NCBI RefSeq assembly: GCF_000015585.1
Contig: NC_008789.1
Coordinates: 30,001-62,000 of the forward strand
Reading direction: 5' to 3'
From: Halorhodospira halophila SL1
GTDB lineage: Bacteria; Pseudomonadota; Gammaproteobacteria; Nitrococcales; Halorhodospiraceae
Length of the DNA: 32,000 nt
Position numbers and translations under genes: made by a program
In this document: positions 18,718 to 30,100 of the stretch, in pieces
Layout of the letters: every line of letters begins with the position of its first letter
Position numbering within the stretch: the first letter of the stretch is position 1
Notes under the pieces: generated by a model
Told to the model about the DNA's origin: nothing
Database searches by the model: none
What the model saw: only the letters and a program-made list of their open reading frames with translations

Positions 18718-19674
18718 ATGCCCCAAGAGTTTCCGGCCCCACCGGACAGCGCTGAAACCCCGTCCGCTCAAGCGGACTGCTACCACGCCGGCGCTGGCTA
18801 CGCCGTCGTTGCGGTCACCGGCGACGAGGCCCAGGACTTCCTGCAGCGCATCCTGACAGCGGACATCCCACCGCCGGCCGCCAAGCACAGCGTGCTCGCC
18901 GGACTGTGCACCCCCAAAGGACGTCTGCTGGCCCTGGCCCGGCTGATCCCCTGGGACGACGGGTACCGGCTGGTTCTCCCCGACGACGTGGCCGGGGCGA
19001 CCGTGTCGCGCCTGCAGATGTACGTGCTGCGCTCCCGGGTCACCGTTGCACCGCCGACCCCTGACTGGCGCCTGGTCCGAGCCGCCGGCCCCGGGGCCCG
19101 CGCCGTGCTGGCGGAGCGCTGCGGACACCCCCTACCGGAGGTCGACGGTGGGGTCAGCCACAGTGCGGACATGGCCATCGTGCGCATGCCCGGCACTCCG
19201 GAGCGCTACTGCGCGGTGGGTCCCGCGAGCCCTGTTCAGGCCCTGGAACACGCGCTTGCCGAGTACCTTCCGTCGGCCGATACCGCGGCCTGGCGGGCGA
19301 TCGAGATCCGCGCCGGGCAACCGGAGATCCGCGCACCGGGGCGCGAGCTCTTCATCCCGCAGATGGTGAATCTCGATCGCCTCGGCGGGGTCAGCTTCAG
19401 CAAGGGGTGCTTCCCCGGTCAGGAAGTGGTCGCGCGGACCCATTACCGGGGCAAGGTCAAGCAGCGGATGTTCCGGGCCGCCGGCACGGGACCCGCACCG
19501 GCGGATGGCTGCGAGATTCGTGACGCCGAAGGCCAGCTGGCCGGCCACATCGTCTGCGCGGCGGAGGTGCCCGAAGGGTTCGTCGCCCTCGCCTCGCTGC
19601 GCGAGGCGCAGCTGGAAACCGCCCCGCTGAGCGCCGACGGCCAGCGGCTCCGGCTCAGCGAGGCGGGAGCCTGA
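18718..19674 (+). CDS. ygfZ: Folate-binding Fe-S cluster maintenance protein YgfZ (GcvT-like)
   Basis: 318 aa with the family signature KGCFPGQEVVARTHYRGKVKQR (KGC[YF]xGQE). A strong SD is present. Confidence 0.85.
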   Translation: MPQEFPAPPDSAETPSAQADCYHAGAGYAVVAVTGDEAQDFLQRILTADIPPPAAKHSVLAGLCTPKGRLLALARLIPWDDGYRLVLPDDVAGATVSRLQMYVLRSRVTVAPPTPDWRLVRAAGPGARAVLAERCGHPLPEVDGGVSHSADMAIVRMPGTPERYCAVGPASPVQALEHALAEYLPSADTAAWRAIEIRAGQPEIRAPGRELFIPQMVNLDRLGGVSFSKGCFPGQEVVARTHYRGKVKQRMFRAAGTGPAPADGCEIRDAEGQLAGHIVCAAEVPEGFVALASLREAQLETAPLSADGQRLRLSEAGA

Positions 19675-19686
19675 ACCCGCGGCTCC

Positions 19687-21174
19687 TTAAGACTCGGGGC
19701 GCATGGCGGGGAACAGAAGGACATCGCGGATCGAATCGCAGTCGGCGAGCAGCATGACCAGCCGATCGATCCCGATCCCCTCGCCGGCGGTCGGCGGCAG
19801 GCCGTACTCCAGGGCACGGATATAGTCCGCGTCGTAGTGCATCGCCTCCTGGTCGCCGGCATCCCGCTCCGCCGCCTGGGCCCGGAAACGCGCGGCCTGG
19901 TCCTCGGCGTCGTTCAACTCCGAGAAGCCGTTGGCGATTTCGCGGCCACCGACGATCAGCTCGAAGCGCTCGGTGTAGCACGGGTCGTCGTCGAGCGGAC
20001 GGGCCAGCGGCGACACCTCCTTCGGGTAGTCGGTGACGAACACGGGGCCGTGCAGGCGGGGCTCGGCTGTCTCCTCGAACAGGGCCGCCTGGATCTTGCC
20101 CAGCCCGTCGCCGGGAGGCACCTCGATCCCGCGCGCCTGCGCCGCCTGGGCCGCCCGCTCGCGCTCAGTCAGATCTTCGATGCCGAGGTCCGAATTGAAG
20201 CGAAGTACCGCTTCAATCAGTGATATACGCTCAAAACTTGATGCAAAGTCGTAAGTTTCACCCTGCCAGGTCACCTGCCCGGAGCCCAGCGCCTGTTCGG
20301 CCAGGTGGCGGAGCATCTCTTCAGTGAGGTCCATCAGGTCTCGATAATCGGCGAAGGCCTGATAGAACTCCAGCATGGTGAATTCCGGATTGTGCCGGGT
20401 CGATACGCCTTCATTCCGGAAGTTGCGGTTGACTTCGTAGACGCGTTCGAACCCGCCGACCACCAGCCGCTTGAGGTAGAGCTCCGGCGCGATGCGCAGA
20501 TACAGATCCCGCCCCAGGGCGTTGTGGTGGGTCACGAAGGGCCGGGCCGCAGCGCCCCCGGGGATCGGCTGCATCATCGGGGTCTCGACTTCCATGAAGC
20601 CGCGCTCGTCGAGGAAGCGGCGCATGGCAGCCAACACCCGGGTGCGCAGGGCGAAGACCCGTTGACTCTCCTCATTGACGATCAGATCCAAGTAGCGCTG
20701 GCGGTAGCGGATCTCGTGATCGTTCAGCCCGTGCCACTTCTCCGGCAGCGGTCGCAGGGATTTGGTCAGGAGCCGGATCTCCTCGCACTGGATCGATAGC
20801 TCCCCCTTCTTGGTGCGAAAGATCGTCCCGGTGGCACCGACGATATCGCCCACATCCCAGCCCTTGAAGGCGGCGTAAGCACCTTCCGGCAGGTCGTCCC
20901 GACGCAGATAGAGCTGGATCCGGCCAGAGCTGTCCTGCAGCTGCGCGAAGCTCGCCTTGCCCATCACCCGTTTGGCCATCATGCGTCCGCCAACTGTCAC
21001 CCGGGCGCCCTCCTGCTCCAGGGCCTCGCTATCCAGCGGGCCGTAGCGCTCGTGAAGGTCGGCGGCCAGCGCATCGCGGCGGAAATCGTTCGGGAAGGCC
21101 TGGCCGGTCTCGCGCAGGCCCTGCAACTTCTCGCGGCGCTGGGCGATGAGCTTGTTCTCGTCGCTATCGGACAT
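19687..21174 (-). CDS. lysS: Lysine--tRNA ligase (class II)
   Basis: 495 aa with an OB-fold N-domain and class II motifs ([24 protein letters not shown]). It lies downstream of prfB, as in E. coli. Confidence 0.95.
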   Translation of the reverse strand: MSDSDENKLIAQRREKLQGLRETGQAFPNDFRRDALAADLHERYGPLDSEALEQEGARVTVGGRMMAKRVMGKASFAQLQDSSGRIQLYLRRDDLPEGAYAAFKGWDVGDIVGATGTIFRTKKGELSIQCEEIRLLTKSLRPLPEKWHGLNDHEIRYRQRYLDLIVNEESQRVFALRTRVLAAMRRFLDERGFMEVETPMMQPIPGGAAARPFVTHHNALGRDLYLRIAPELYLKRLVVGGFERVYEVNRNFRNEGVSTRHNPEFTMLEFYQAFADYRDLMDLTEEMLRHLAEQALGSGQVTWQGETYDFASSFERISLIEAVLRFNSDLGIEDLTERERAAQAAQARGIEVPPGDGLGKIQAALFEETAEPRLHGPVFVTDYPKEVSPLARPLDDDPCYTERFELIVGGREIANGFSELNDAEDQAARFRAQAAERDAGDQEAMHYDADYIRALEYGLPPTAGEGIGIDRLVMLLADCDSIRDVLLFPAMRPES

Positions 21175-21209
21175 GCTGACTCCGGGCTGTAGCTGGCTGA
21201 AGGGAAGCG

Positions 21210-22308
21210 TCAGAGGCCGGCCTTGAGGCTCGCCTGGATGAACGGATCGAGATGGCCGTCGAGCACCGCCTGCGTGTTGCCGATTTCGACCCCCGTCCGC
21301 AGATCCTTGATTCGGGACTGATCGAGGACATAGGAACGGATCTGATTGCCCCAGCCGATATCGGACTTGGTGTCTTCCTGCGCTTCGGCCTCGGCACGGC
21401 GGCGCTGCATCTCCAGCTCGTAGAGCTTGGCGCGCAGCTGGCTCATCGCCGTCGCACGGTTCTTGTGCTGCGACCGGTCGTTCTGCGACTGCACCACGAT
21501 GCCCGTCGGTTCGTGGGTGATACGCACCGCTGACTCGGTGGTGTTGACGTGCTGCCCCCCGGCACCCGAGGCGCGGAAGACGTCCACGCGCAGATCCGAT
21601 GGATCGATCTCGATATCGACATTCTCTTCGTCGATCTCGGGGGAGACGAACACCGAGGAGAACGAGGTGTGCCGACGCCCCCCTGAGTCGAAGGGCGACT
21701 TACGCACCAGGCGATGCACACCGGTCTCCGTGCGCAGCCAGCCGAAGGCATACTCGCCGGAGACCTTGATCGTGGCGCTCTTGACCCCCGCCTCTTGGCC
21801 GGCGGTGACCTCGATAACCTCGGTCTCGAAGCCGCGCGCCTCGGCCCAGCGCAGATACATTCTCAGCAGCATCTCGGCCCAGTCCTGGGCCTCGGTGCCC
21901 CCGGAACCGGCCTGGATATCCAGAAAGGCGTTGGAGGTGTCCATCTCGCCGGAGAACATCCGGCGGAACTCCAGGGTCTCGACCTGCCCGGCAACACGCT
22001 GGATGTCCGCCTGGACCGCCTCGAGGGTCTCTGCGTCCCCCTCCTCCCGGGCCATGGCGACCATCTCGTCGGCATCATCGAGCACCGAGCCGATCTCACC
22101 GAGAGTATTCAGGACCGACTGCAGTTGCGAGCGCTCGCGGCTCAGCCCCTGGGCCGTCTCCGGTTCACTCCAGACGTCGGGGTTCTCCAGCTCACGCAGG
22201 ACTTCTTCTAGCCGTTCACGTTTGCCGGCTTCGTCAAAGATACCCCCTCAGGGCCTCAAAACGCCCTTGCAGGTCTTCGATTTGTTCAAGCAGCGGGTTG
22301 ATCTCCAT
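21210..22308 (-). CDS. prfB: Peptide chain release factor 2, expressed through a programmed +1 frameshift: join(complement 22237-22308; complement 21210-22235)
   Basis: Frame 0 starts at ATG complement 22306-22308 (SD GGAGGT) and encodes [24 protein letters not shown], then an in-frame TGA (22234-22236). The +1 frame continues [26 protein letters not shown]...[13 protein letters not shown]... into the track ORF 21210..22085. The SPF tripeptide (VRKSPFDS) and GGQ (SGAGGQHVN) are present. The total is 365 aa. Confidence 0.93.
22233..22248 (-). promoter_or_regulatory. RF2 autoregulatory +1 frameshift site with internal Shine-Dalgarno
   Basis: The minus strand reads AGGGGG TAT CTT TGA C, the same 16-mer I recall for the E. 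coli prfB shift site. The SD-like AGGGGG lies 3 nt before the slippery CTT, followed by a TGA C stop context. Confidence 0.9.
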
Positions 22309-22474
22309 GGGCACCTCCGGATACTAAGGGCGCGAATCGTACTATATTCACCCGCCTTTCAGCAGCCTTGAACCTTCGCGCCGGCGCCGCGCGCCGCCGA
22401 AGGGGGCTGTGGTCGCCGCCGGGTCCCGGCGGCGGGCGGCCGCCATCCACTGGCTGATCAGGATTGAGGATCCC

Positions 22475-23740
22475 ATGACGACGACAAGCAGTGCCGAGCC
22501 GGGCCATCAGAAACTTGCCTGGGCGCGTGCACACATGCCGGTGCACACCGCCCTGCGCGATCGCTACCGCGAGATACGCCCCTTCGCGGGACTCTGCATC
22601 GCGGTCTGCTCGCACATCGAGGCCAAGACCGGCGTCTTCCTTGAGACACTCGCCGCTGCCGGCGCCGAGGTGGTCTTTACCGGGAGCGAGCCTGGTTCCA
22701 GTCAGGACGACGTCGTAGCGGCGCTGAACGAGCAACCGGGGATCAGCGGCTACGCCCGGCGCGGGGTCAACGAAGAGGAACTGGCCCGCCTCCACAGCCG
22801 CGCCCTCGACCACCAACCGAACCTGATCCTCGACGACGCGGCCGAACTCACCGCGCGTCTGGTGCACCAGCGCCCCGAGTTGCTCGACGGACTGCGCGGC
22901 GTCTGCGAGCAAACCACCACCGGGGTGCAGCGCATCCAGGCCATGCTCGCCGATGGTGCACTGCGGTTTCCCGCCTACGCCGTCAACCACACACCGATGA
23001 AGCACGAGTTCGATAACATCCACGGCACCGGCGAGTCGGCATTGACCAACCTGATGCTGACCACGAACCTGCTGCTCGCCGGCAAGCAGGTGGTGGTCTG
23101 CGGCTACGGCGACTGCGGCGTCGGCATCGCCCACAAGGCGCGTGCCTGGGGCGCACAGGTCACGGTGACCGAGGTTGAGCCACGGCGGGCGCTGCGTGCC
23201 CACATGAACGGCTTCGCCGTGCGTCCCATGGACGAAGCTGCCGGCATCGGCGAGTTCTTCATCACGGCCACGGGCAACCGGGACGTGATCCGGGGCGAGC
23301 ACTTCCGCCTCATGCGCGACGGTGCCATCCTGGCCAACGCCGGGCACTTCAACGTGGAGATCGATGCCGCCGGACTGGCCGACGAGGCCGAGGCCCGCTA
23401 CACGGTGCGCCCGGGGATTGAGGCCTTCCGCATGGGCGATGGCCGCGAGATCCACTTGATCTGCGAGGGCCGCCTGGTCAACCTGGCCGCGCCGACGGCC
23501 ATGGGGCACCCGGCCGAGGTCATGGACCAGACCTTCGCCATGCAGTTCATGGCCGCTGAGGACTTGCTGCGCCGGCGTGACCAGCTGAACGCCGGCGTTC
23601 ACGCCGTCCCCGACGCCGTTGATGCCGAGGTGGCCAGCCTTAAGCTTAAGACGCTGGGTGTCGGCATCGACGCCCTGACCGACAGCCAGCGGCGTTTCCT
23701 GGAGGCGTGGCGGGCCGACGATATCCTTGAGTCGCCCTGA
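22475..23740 (+). CDS. ahcY: Adenosylhomocysteinase, short (archaeal/Thermotoga-like) form
   Basis: ORF 22409..23740 trimmed to ATG 22475, with SD GAGGA 4 nt upstream. It contains HQKLAWARAHMPV, CSHIEAKTG, EQTTTGV, NIHGTGES, the NAD fold VVVCGYGDCGVGIA, TATGNRDVI, NAGHFNVEID and LVNLAAPTAMGHPAEVMD. The product is 421 aa. Confidence 0.88.
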   Translation: MTTTSSAEPGHQKLAWARAHMPVHTALRDRYREIRPFAGLCIAVCSHIEAKTGVFLETLAAAGAEVVFTGSEPGSSQDDVVAALNEQPGISGYARRGVNEEELARLHSRALDHQPNLILDDAAELTARLVHQRPELLDGLRGVCEQTTTGVQRIQAMLADGALRFPAYAVNHTPMKHEFDNIHGTGESALTNLMLTTNLLLAGKQVVVCGYGDCGVGIAHKARAWGAQVTVTEVEPRRALRAHMNGFAVRPMDEAAGIGEFFITATGNRDVIRGEHFRLMRDGAILANAGHFNVEIDAAGLADEAEARYTVRPGIEAFRMGDGREIHLICEGRLVNLAAPTAMGHPAEVMDQTFAMQFMAAEDLLRRRDQLNAGVHAVPDAVDAEVASLKLKTLGVGIDALTDSQRRFLEAWRADDILESP

Positions 23741-23838
23741 AATGTGCCCCACGGAACCGCCGACGACCAGCGTCCAGTGGACGCGGTTCCACCCGGCGAC
23801 TTGCCTGAGGCGAAAACGCGCACTAGGGTATAGACGCT

Positions 23839-24336
23839 ATGGCTGAATACAAACGCGACGACAATCCGGACCGTCACGAGGGACACAGTCGGACCTCACC
23901 CTATCCGGTGAGCCGACTCTCCGCGCCCATCGACCTGGTCGATACGGCCCGCGAGATCCAAGAGGCAGACCAGGCGATCAACAACCGCACCAGCTCCAAG
24001 CTGACGGTGATCGCCGATCAGATCCGTGCCCTTCAGGAGCAGGCGCGGGAGGTCCTCGAGGAGAGCCAGCGGGACATGGACCTGCACCGGGCCAAGTGCA
24101 ACTTCACGCGGCGGCCGGGCAGCATTTATCACCTCTACGAACGCGACGATGGCGAGCTGTACTTCTCCATGCTCGCCCCGGAGGACTGGCGAAATGGTCC
24201 GCCCCACACCTACAAGGGGTCGTACCGCCTTGAGGCCGATCTCTCGTGGACGCCCTTCGAAGAGATGGACCAGCCCGACGCCACCCGGGACATGGTGCAG
24301 CGGCTGATCGCGGACCACCGCGGCGGCGCCGGCTGA
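23839..24336 (+). CDS. Conserved hypothetical protein (resembles the DUF2452 family as I recall it)
   Basis: 165-aa ORF with good coding look (charged and balanced, not Arg/Pro-rich). NPDRHEGHSRTSPYPVSRL...KLTVIADQIRALQEQA...LHRAKCNFTRRPGSIYHLYERDDGELYFSMLAPEDW...GSYRLEADLSWTP. The family assignment is from memory only. Confidence 0.6.
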   Translation: MAEYKRDDNPDRHEGHSRTSPYPVSRLSAPIDLVDTAREIQEADQAINNRTSSKLTVIADQIRALQEQAREVLEESQRDMDLHRAKCNFTRRPGSIYHLYERDDGELYFSMLAPEDWRNGPPHTYKGSYRLEADLSWTPFEEMDQPDATRDMVQRLIADHRGGAG

Positions 24337-24355
24337 AACAGCCGGCGCCGCCGCG
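24319..24355. terminator. Perfect 17-bp GC-rich hairpin between convergent genes (possible bidirectional terminator or RNA-stability element)
   Basis: CCGCGGCGGCGCCGGCTG-AAA-CAGCCGGCGCCGCCGCGG. 24319-24335 pairs perfectly with 24339-24355 around a 3-nt loop. The left arm overlaps the last codons and the TGA of the upstream CDS. There is no U-tract on either strand. Confidence 0.45.
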
Positions 24356-24364
24356 CGCCGTCCT

Positions 24365-27076
<2,712 letters not shown>

Positions 27077-27172
27077 GCTCCCTCCTGTCCTGCGTTGGCA
27101 GGGCGTTTGGTCGAGTCGCAGCCCCGAGCCTGATACCATGTTCAGCTTCGATGGCAACCCTGACCGTTGAGA

Positions 27173-30100
27173 ATGGCCGCTATTAACCAGGAACCGACCC
27201 GTATTCGAGAGATTCCCTATAACTATACGTCCTTCTCCGACCGTGAGATCGTGGTCCGTTTCCTCGGCGAGGAGACCTGGGACCTGCTCAACGAGCTGCG
27301 AGGCGAGCGTCGCACCGGGATCTCGGCGCGCATGCTCTTCGAGGTCCTCGGCGATCTCTGGGTTGTCTCCCGTAATCCTTACATCCAGGACGACCTGATC
27401 AACACCCCCAAGCGGCTGCGCGCGCTGGTCAGCTCCATGCACCACCGCGTCGACCAGATCTTCGCGCGCGCCAATGGCAACCAGAAGGGCATCGATCTGG
27501 GTGAGCGCGCCCGTCGGGCCGTCCAGGAGTTCGAGCAGCACTACCGTCGTCAGCGCCAGCGCCGGCAGCGCATCAAGCGCCGCCTTGCGCGCTTCACGCG
27601 CAGCGACAACATCTGCTTCGACGGGCTCTCGCGCGTCTCCCACGCCACCGACGCGACGGACTGGCGCGTCGAAATCCCCTTCCTCGTCCTGACTCCGGAC
27701 ACCGAGGAGGAGATCGCCCCGCTGGTAGCAACCTGCATCGAAGAGGGTCTGACCATCATCCCCCGCGGTGGCGGCACCGGGTACACCGGTGGCGCCGTGC
27801 CGCTCGATGGCGACTCGGCGGTCATCAACACCGAGAAGCTCGACGCCATCTCCCCCGTCGAAGAGGTCGACCTCCCCGGGGTCGATACCCCGGTGAGCAC
27901 CATCCACGTCGGTGCCGGCGCCGTGACCCGCCGGGTCAGCGAGCGAGCCGAGGCCCACGGCCGCGTCTTTGCCGTGGATCCGACCTCCCAGGACGCCTCG
28001 ACCATCGGCGGCAACATCTCCATGAACGCCGGCGGCAAGAAGGCGGTGCTTTGGGGGACGACCCTCGACAACATCGTCTCCTACCGCATGATCACCGCCG
28101 AGGCCAAGTGGATCGAGGTGGAGCGCCTCGACCACAACCTGGGCAAGCTCGACGATCTCGATACCGTGCGCTTCCGGGTCACCCGGTATGCCCGCGATGG
28201 GCAGACCCAGGAGGGCGAGCCGGAGATCCTCAGCTTCTCGGGCACCTCGTTCCGCAAACCGGGGCTCGGCAAGGACGTGACCGACAAATTCCTCGGCGGC
28301 CTGCCCGGGGTCCAGAAGGAAGGGTGCGACGGGCTCATCACCTCGGCCCGCATGCTCGTCCACCGCATGCCTGAACACCAGCGCACCGTATGCCTGGAGT
28401 TCTACGGCGACGACCTCCACGAGGCCGTTCCGGCGATCACGGAGATCCGCGACGACCTGCTCGCCGACGAACAAGTGGCGCTTGCCGGGCTCGAGCACCT
28501 CGACGAACGCTACATCCAGGCCGTGGACTATTCGCCCAAGGCCAATCGCAGCGAAATCCCCAAGATGATTCTCCTCGCCGACCTGGCCAGTGATCATCCG
28601 GACGCCGTCGGCGAGGCGGCCTCGCGCATCGTGCGACTGGCCAATCAGCGCAACGGCGAAGGCTTCATTGCGGTCTCGGAGGAAGCCCAGCGGCGATTCT
28701 GGGCCGAGCGCTCGCGTACCGCGGCCATCGCCTCGCACACCAACGCGTTCAAGATCAACGAGGACGTCGTCATCCCGCTGGAGCGCCTGGCCGAGTACAC
28801 CGAAGGCGTCGAGCGCATCAACGTCGAGCAGTCCATGCGCAACAAACTCGCCATGCTCAGCGAGCTACTGGACTATCTCGGCGGCGACATGCCTGAGGTC
28901 CGTCAGGTCAAGGACTTTGAGGACAGCGAGGAAGGCGATCGAATCCTCGCCGACAAGAAGGCGGCGGCGCGGGATCACCTGAGCCAGGTCCGAGAACGCT
29001 GGCAACAGATCCTCGAGGCCTTTGACGCCGCGGCCGCCGACCGGGACGATCTGCTCGACGATACCGCCCGGGCGGACCTTCGCGCCGGGGATCGGATCAT
29101 CGACCTGCTGCTGCGCCGCAGTCTGCGCATCTCCTACCGGCGCGAGGTGGAGCGTCCCCTGGAGGAGTTCTTCAAGGGGCGCGATCTGCAGCCGGTGCGG
29201 GCCCGCTTCACCGAGATCCACGACCGCGTCCTGCGCAGCCGGCTGTTCGTCGCCCTACACATGCACGCCGGCGATGGCAACGTGCACACCAACATCCCGG
29301 TCAACTCCGGCGATTACGGCATGATGCGCGAGGCCGAGCGCATCGTGGATCGCATCATGGAGCTGGCGCAGTCCCTGGGTGGCGTGATCACCGGCGAGCA
29401 CGGCGTCGGCCTGACCAAGATGCAGTACCTGGACCCGGAGCAGGTCCAGCGTTTCGCTGAGTTCATCGACCGGGTCGACCCGGAGGGACGGTTCAACCGC
29501 GGCAAGCTCATGCCGGGTTCCGGGCTCGAGAACGCCTATACGCCCTCCCTGTTCCTGGTGGAGGAAGAGGCGCTGATCCTCGAGGAGAGCGAGCTCGGTG
29601 AGCTCAACCGCGATATCAAGGACTGCCTGCGCTGCGGCAAGTGCAAGCCGGTGTGCAGCACCCACGTGCCGCGGGCCAACCTGCTCTATTCGCCGCGCAA
29701 CAAGATCCTCGCGGCGGGGCTGATCATCGAGGCCTTCCTCTACGAGGAGCAGACACGGCGCGGACTGTCGTTGCGCCACTTCGACGTCATGAACGACGTG
29801 GCGGATCACTGCACCATCTGCCACAAGTGCCTCAAGCCCTGCCCCGTGAACATCGACTTCGGTGATGTCACCATCCGCCTGCGCGACATCCTGCAGCGGC
29901 GCAAGCAGCGTCGGACGCGGCTGCAGACGCGGGTGGCGATGGGCTTCCTGAACCTCACCGATCCGCGCCTGATCAAGGCCCTGCGCCTCGGCATGGCGCG
30001 CTTCGGGTTCGCGGCGCAACGCCAGGTATCCCAAGGCCTGAGGCGGATGGGCGTCTTCCCGCTCAAGCGGCGCCCGGGCAGCACCACGGAACGCTCGAGC

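Noticed and set aside
19665-19686. Hairpin GGAGCC-N9-GGCTCC in the 12-nt gap between the convergent ygfZ and lysS genes, as a bidirectional terminator
   Set aside because: The stem is only 6-7 bp with a 9-nt loop, there is no U-tract on either strand, and it overlaps the ygfZ stop codon. This is too weak to call.
22370-22474. SAH riboswitch upstream of ahcY
   Set aside because: GCCGAAGGGGGCUGUGGUC superficially resembles the 5' half of the recalled consensus (CCGAGGAGCGCUGCGAC). However, I cannot find the conserved CAGGCUCGG segment or a 3' GCGCYCAC-like tail able to form the pseudoknot. A cmsearch with RF01057 is needed before it can be called.
23753-23790. Inverted repeat GGAACCGC...GCGGTTCC (with an inner CGTCC/GGACG stem) after ahcY, as an intrinsic terminator
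   Set aside because: It is an imperfect, branched structure with a large asymmetric bulge and no downstream U-tract. It may still affect the ahcY 3' end, but the evidence is insufficient for a feature call.
27096-27110. Sigma54-type promoter TGGCAG-N5-TTGG upstream of the giant dehydrogenase gene
   Set aside because: The invariant C of the -12 GC element is a G here (TTGG instead of TTGC), and the -24 region has G instead of C after TGGCA. No enhancer-binding protein gene lies nearby in the window.
27077-28738. Upper 554 codons of the 1457-aa track ORF 24365..28738(-)
   Set aside because: Upstream of the GTG at 27076 the translation loses all ligase similarity. It is Arg/Gly/Asp/His-rich and lies exactly antisense to the well-supported 27173..31033(+) gene. 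A strong AGGAGGGAG SD marks the real start.
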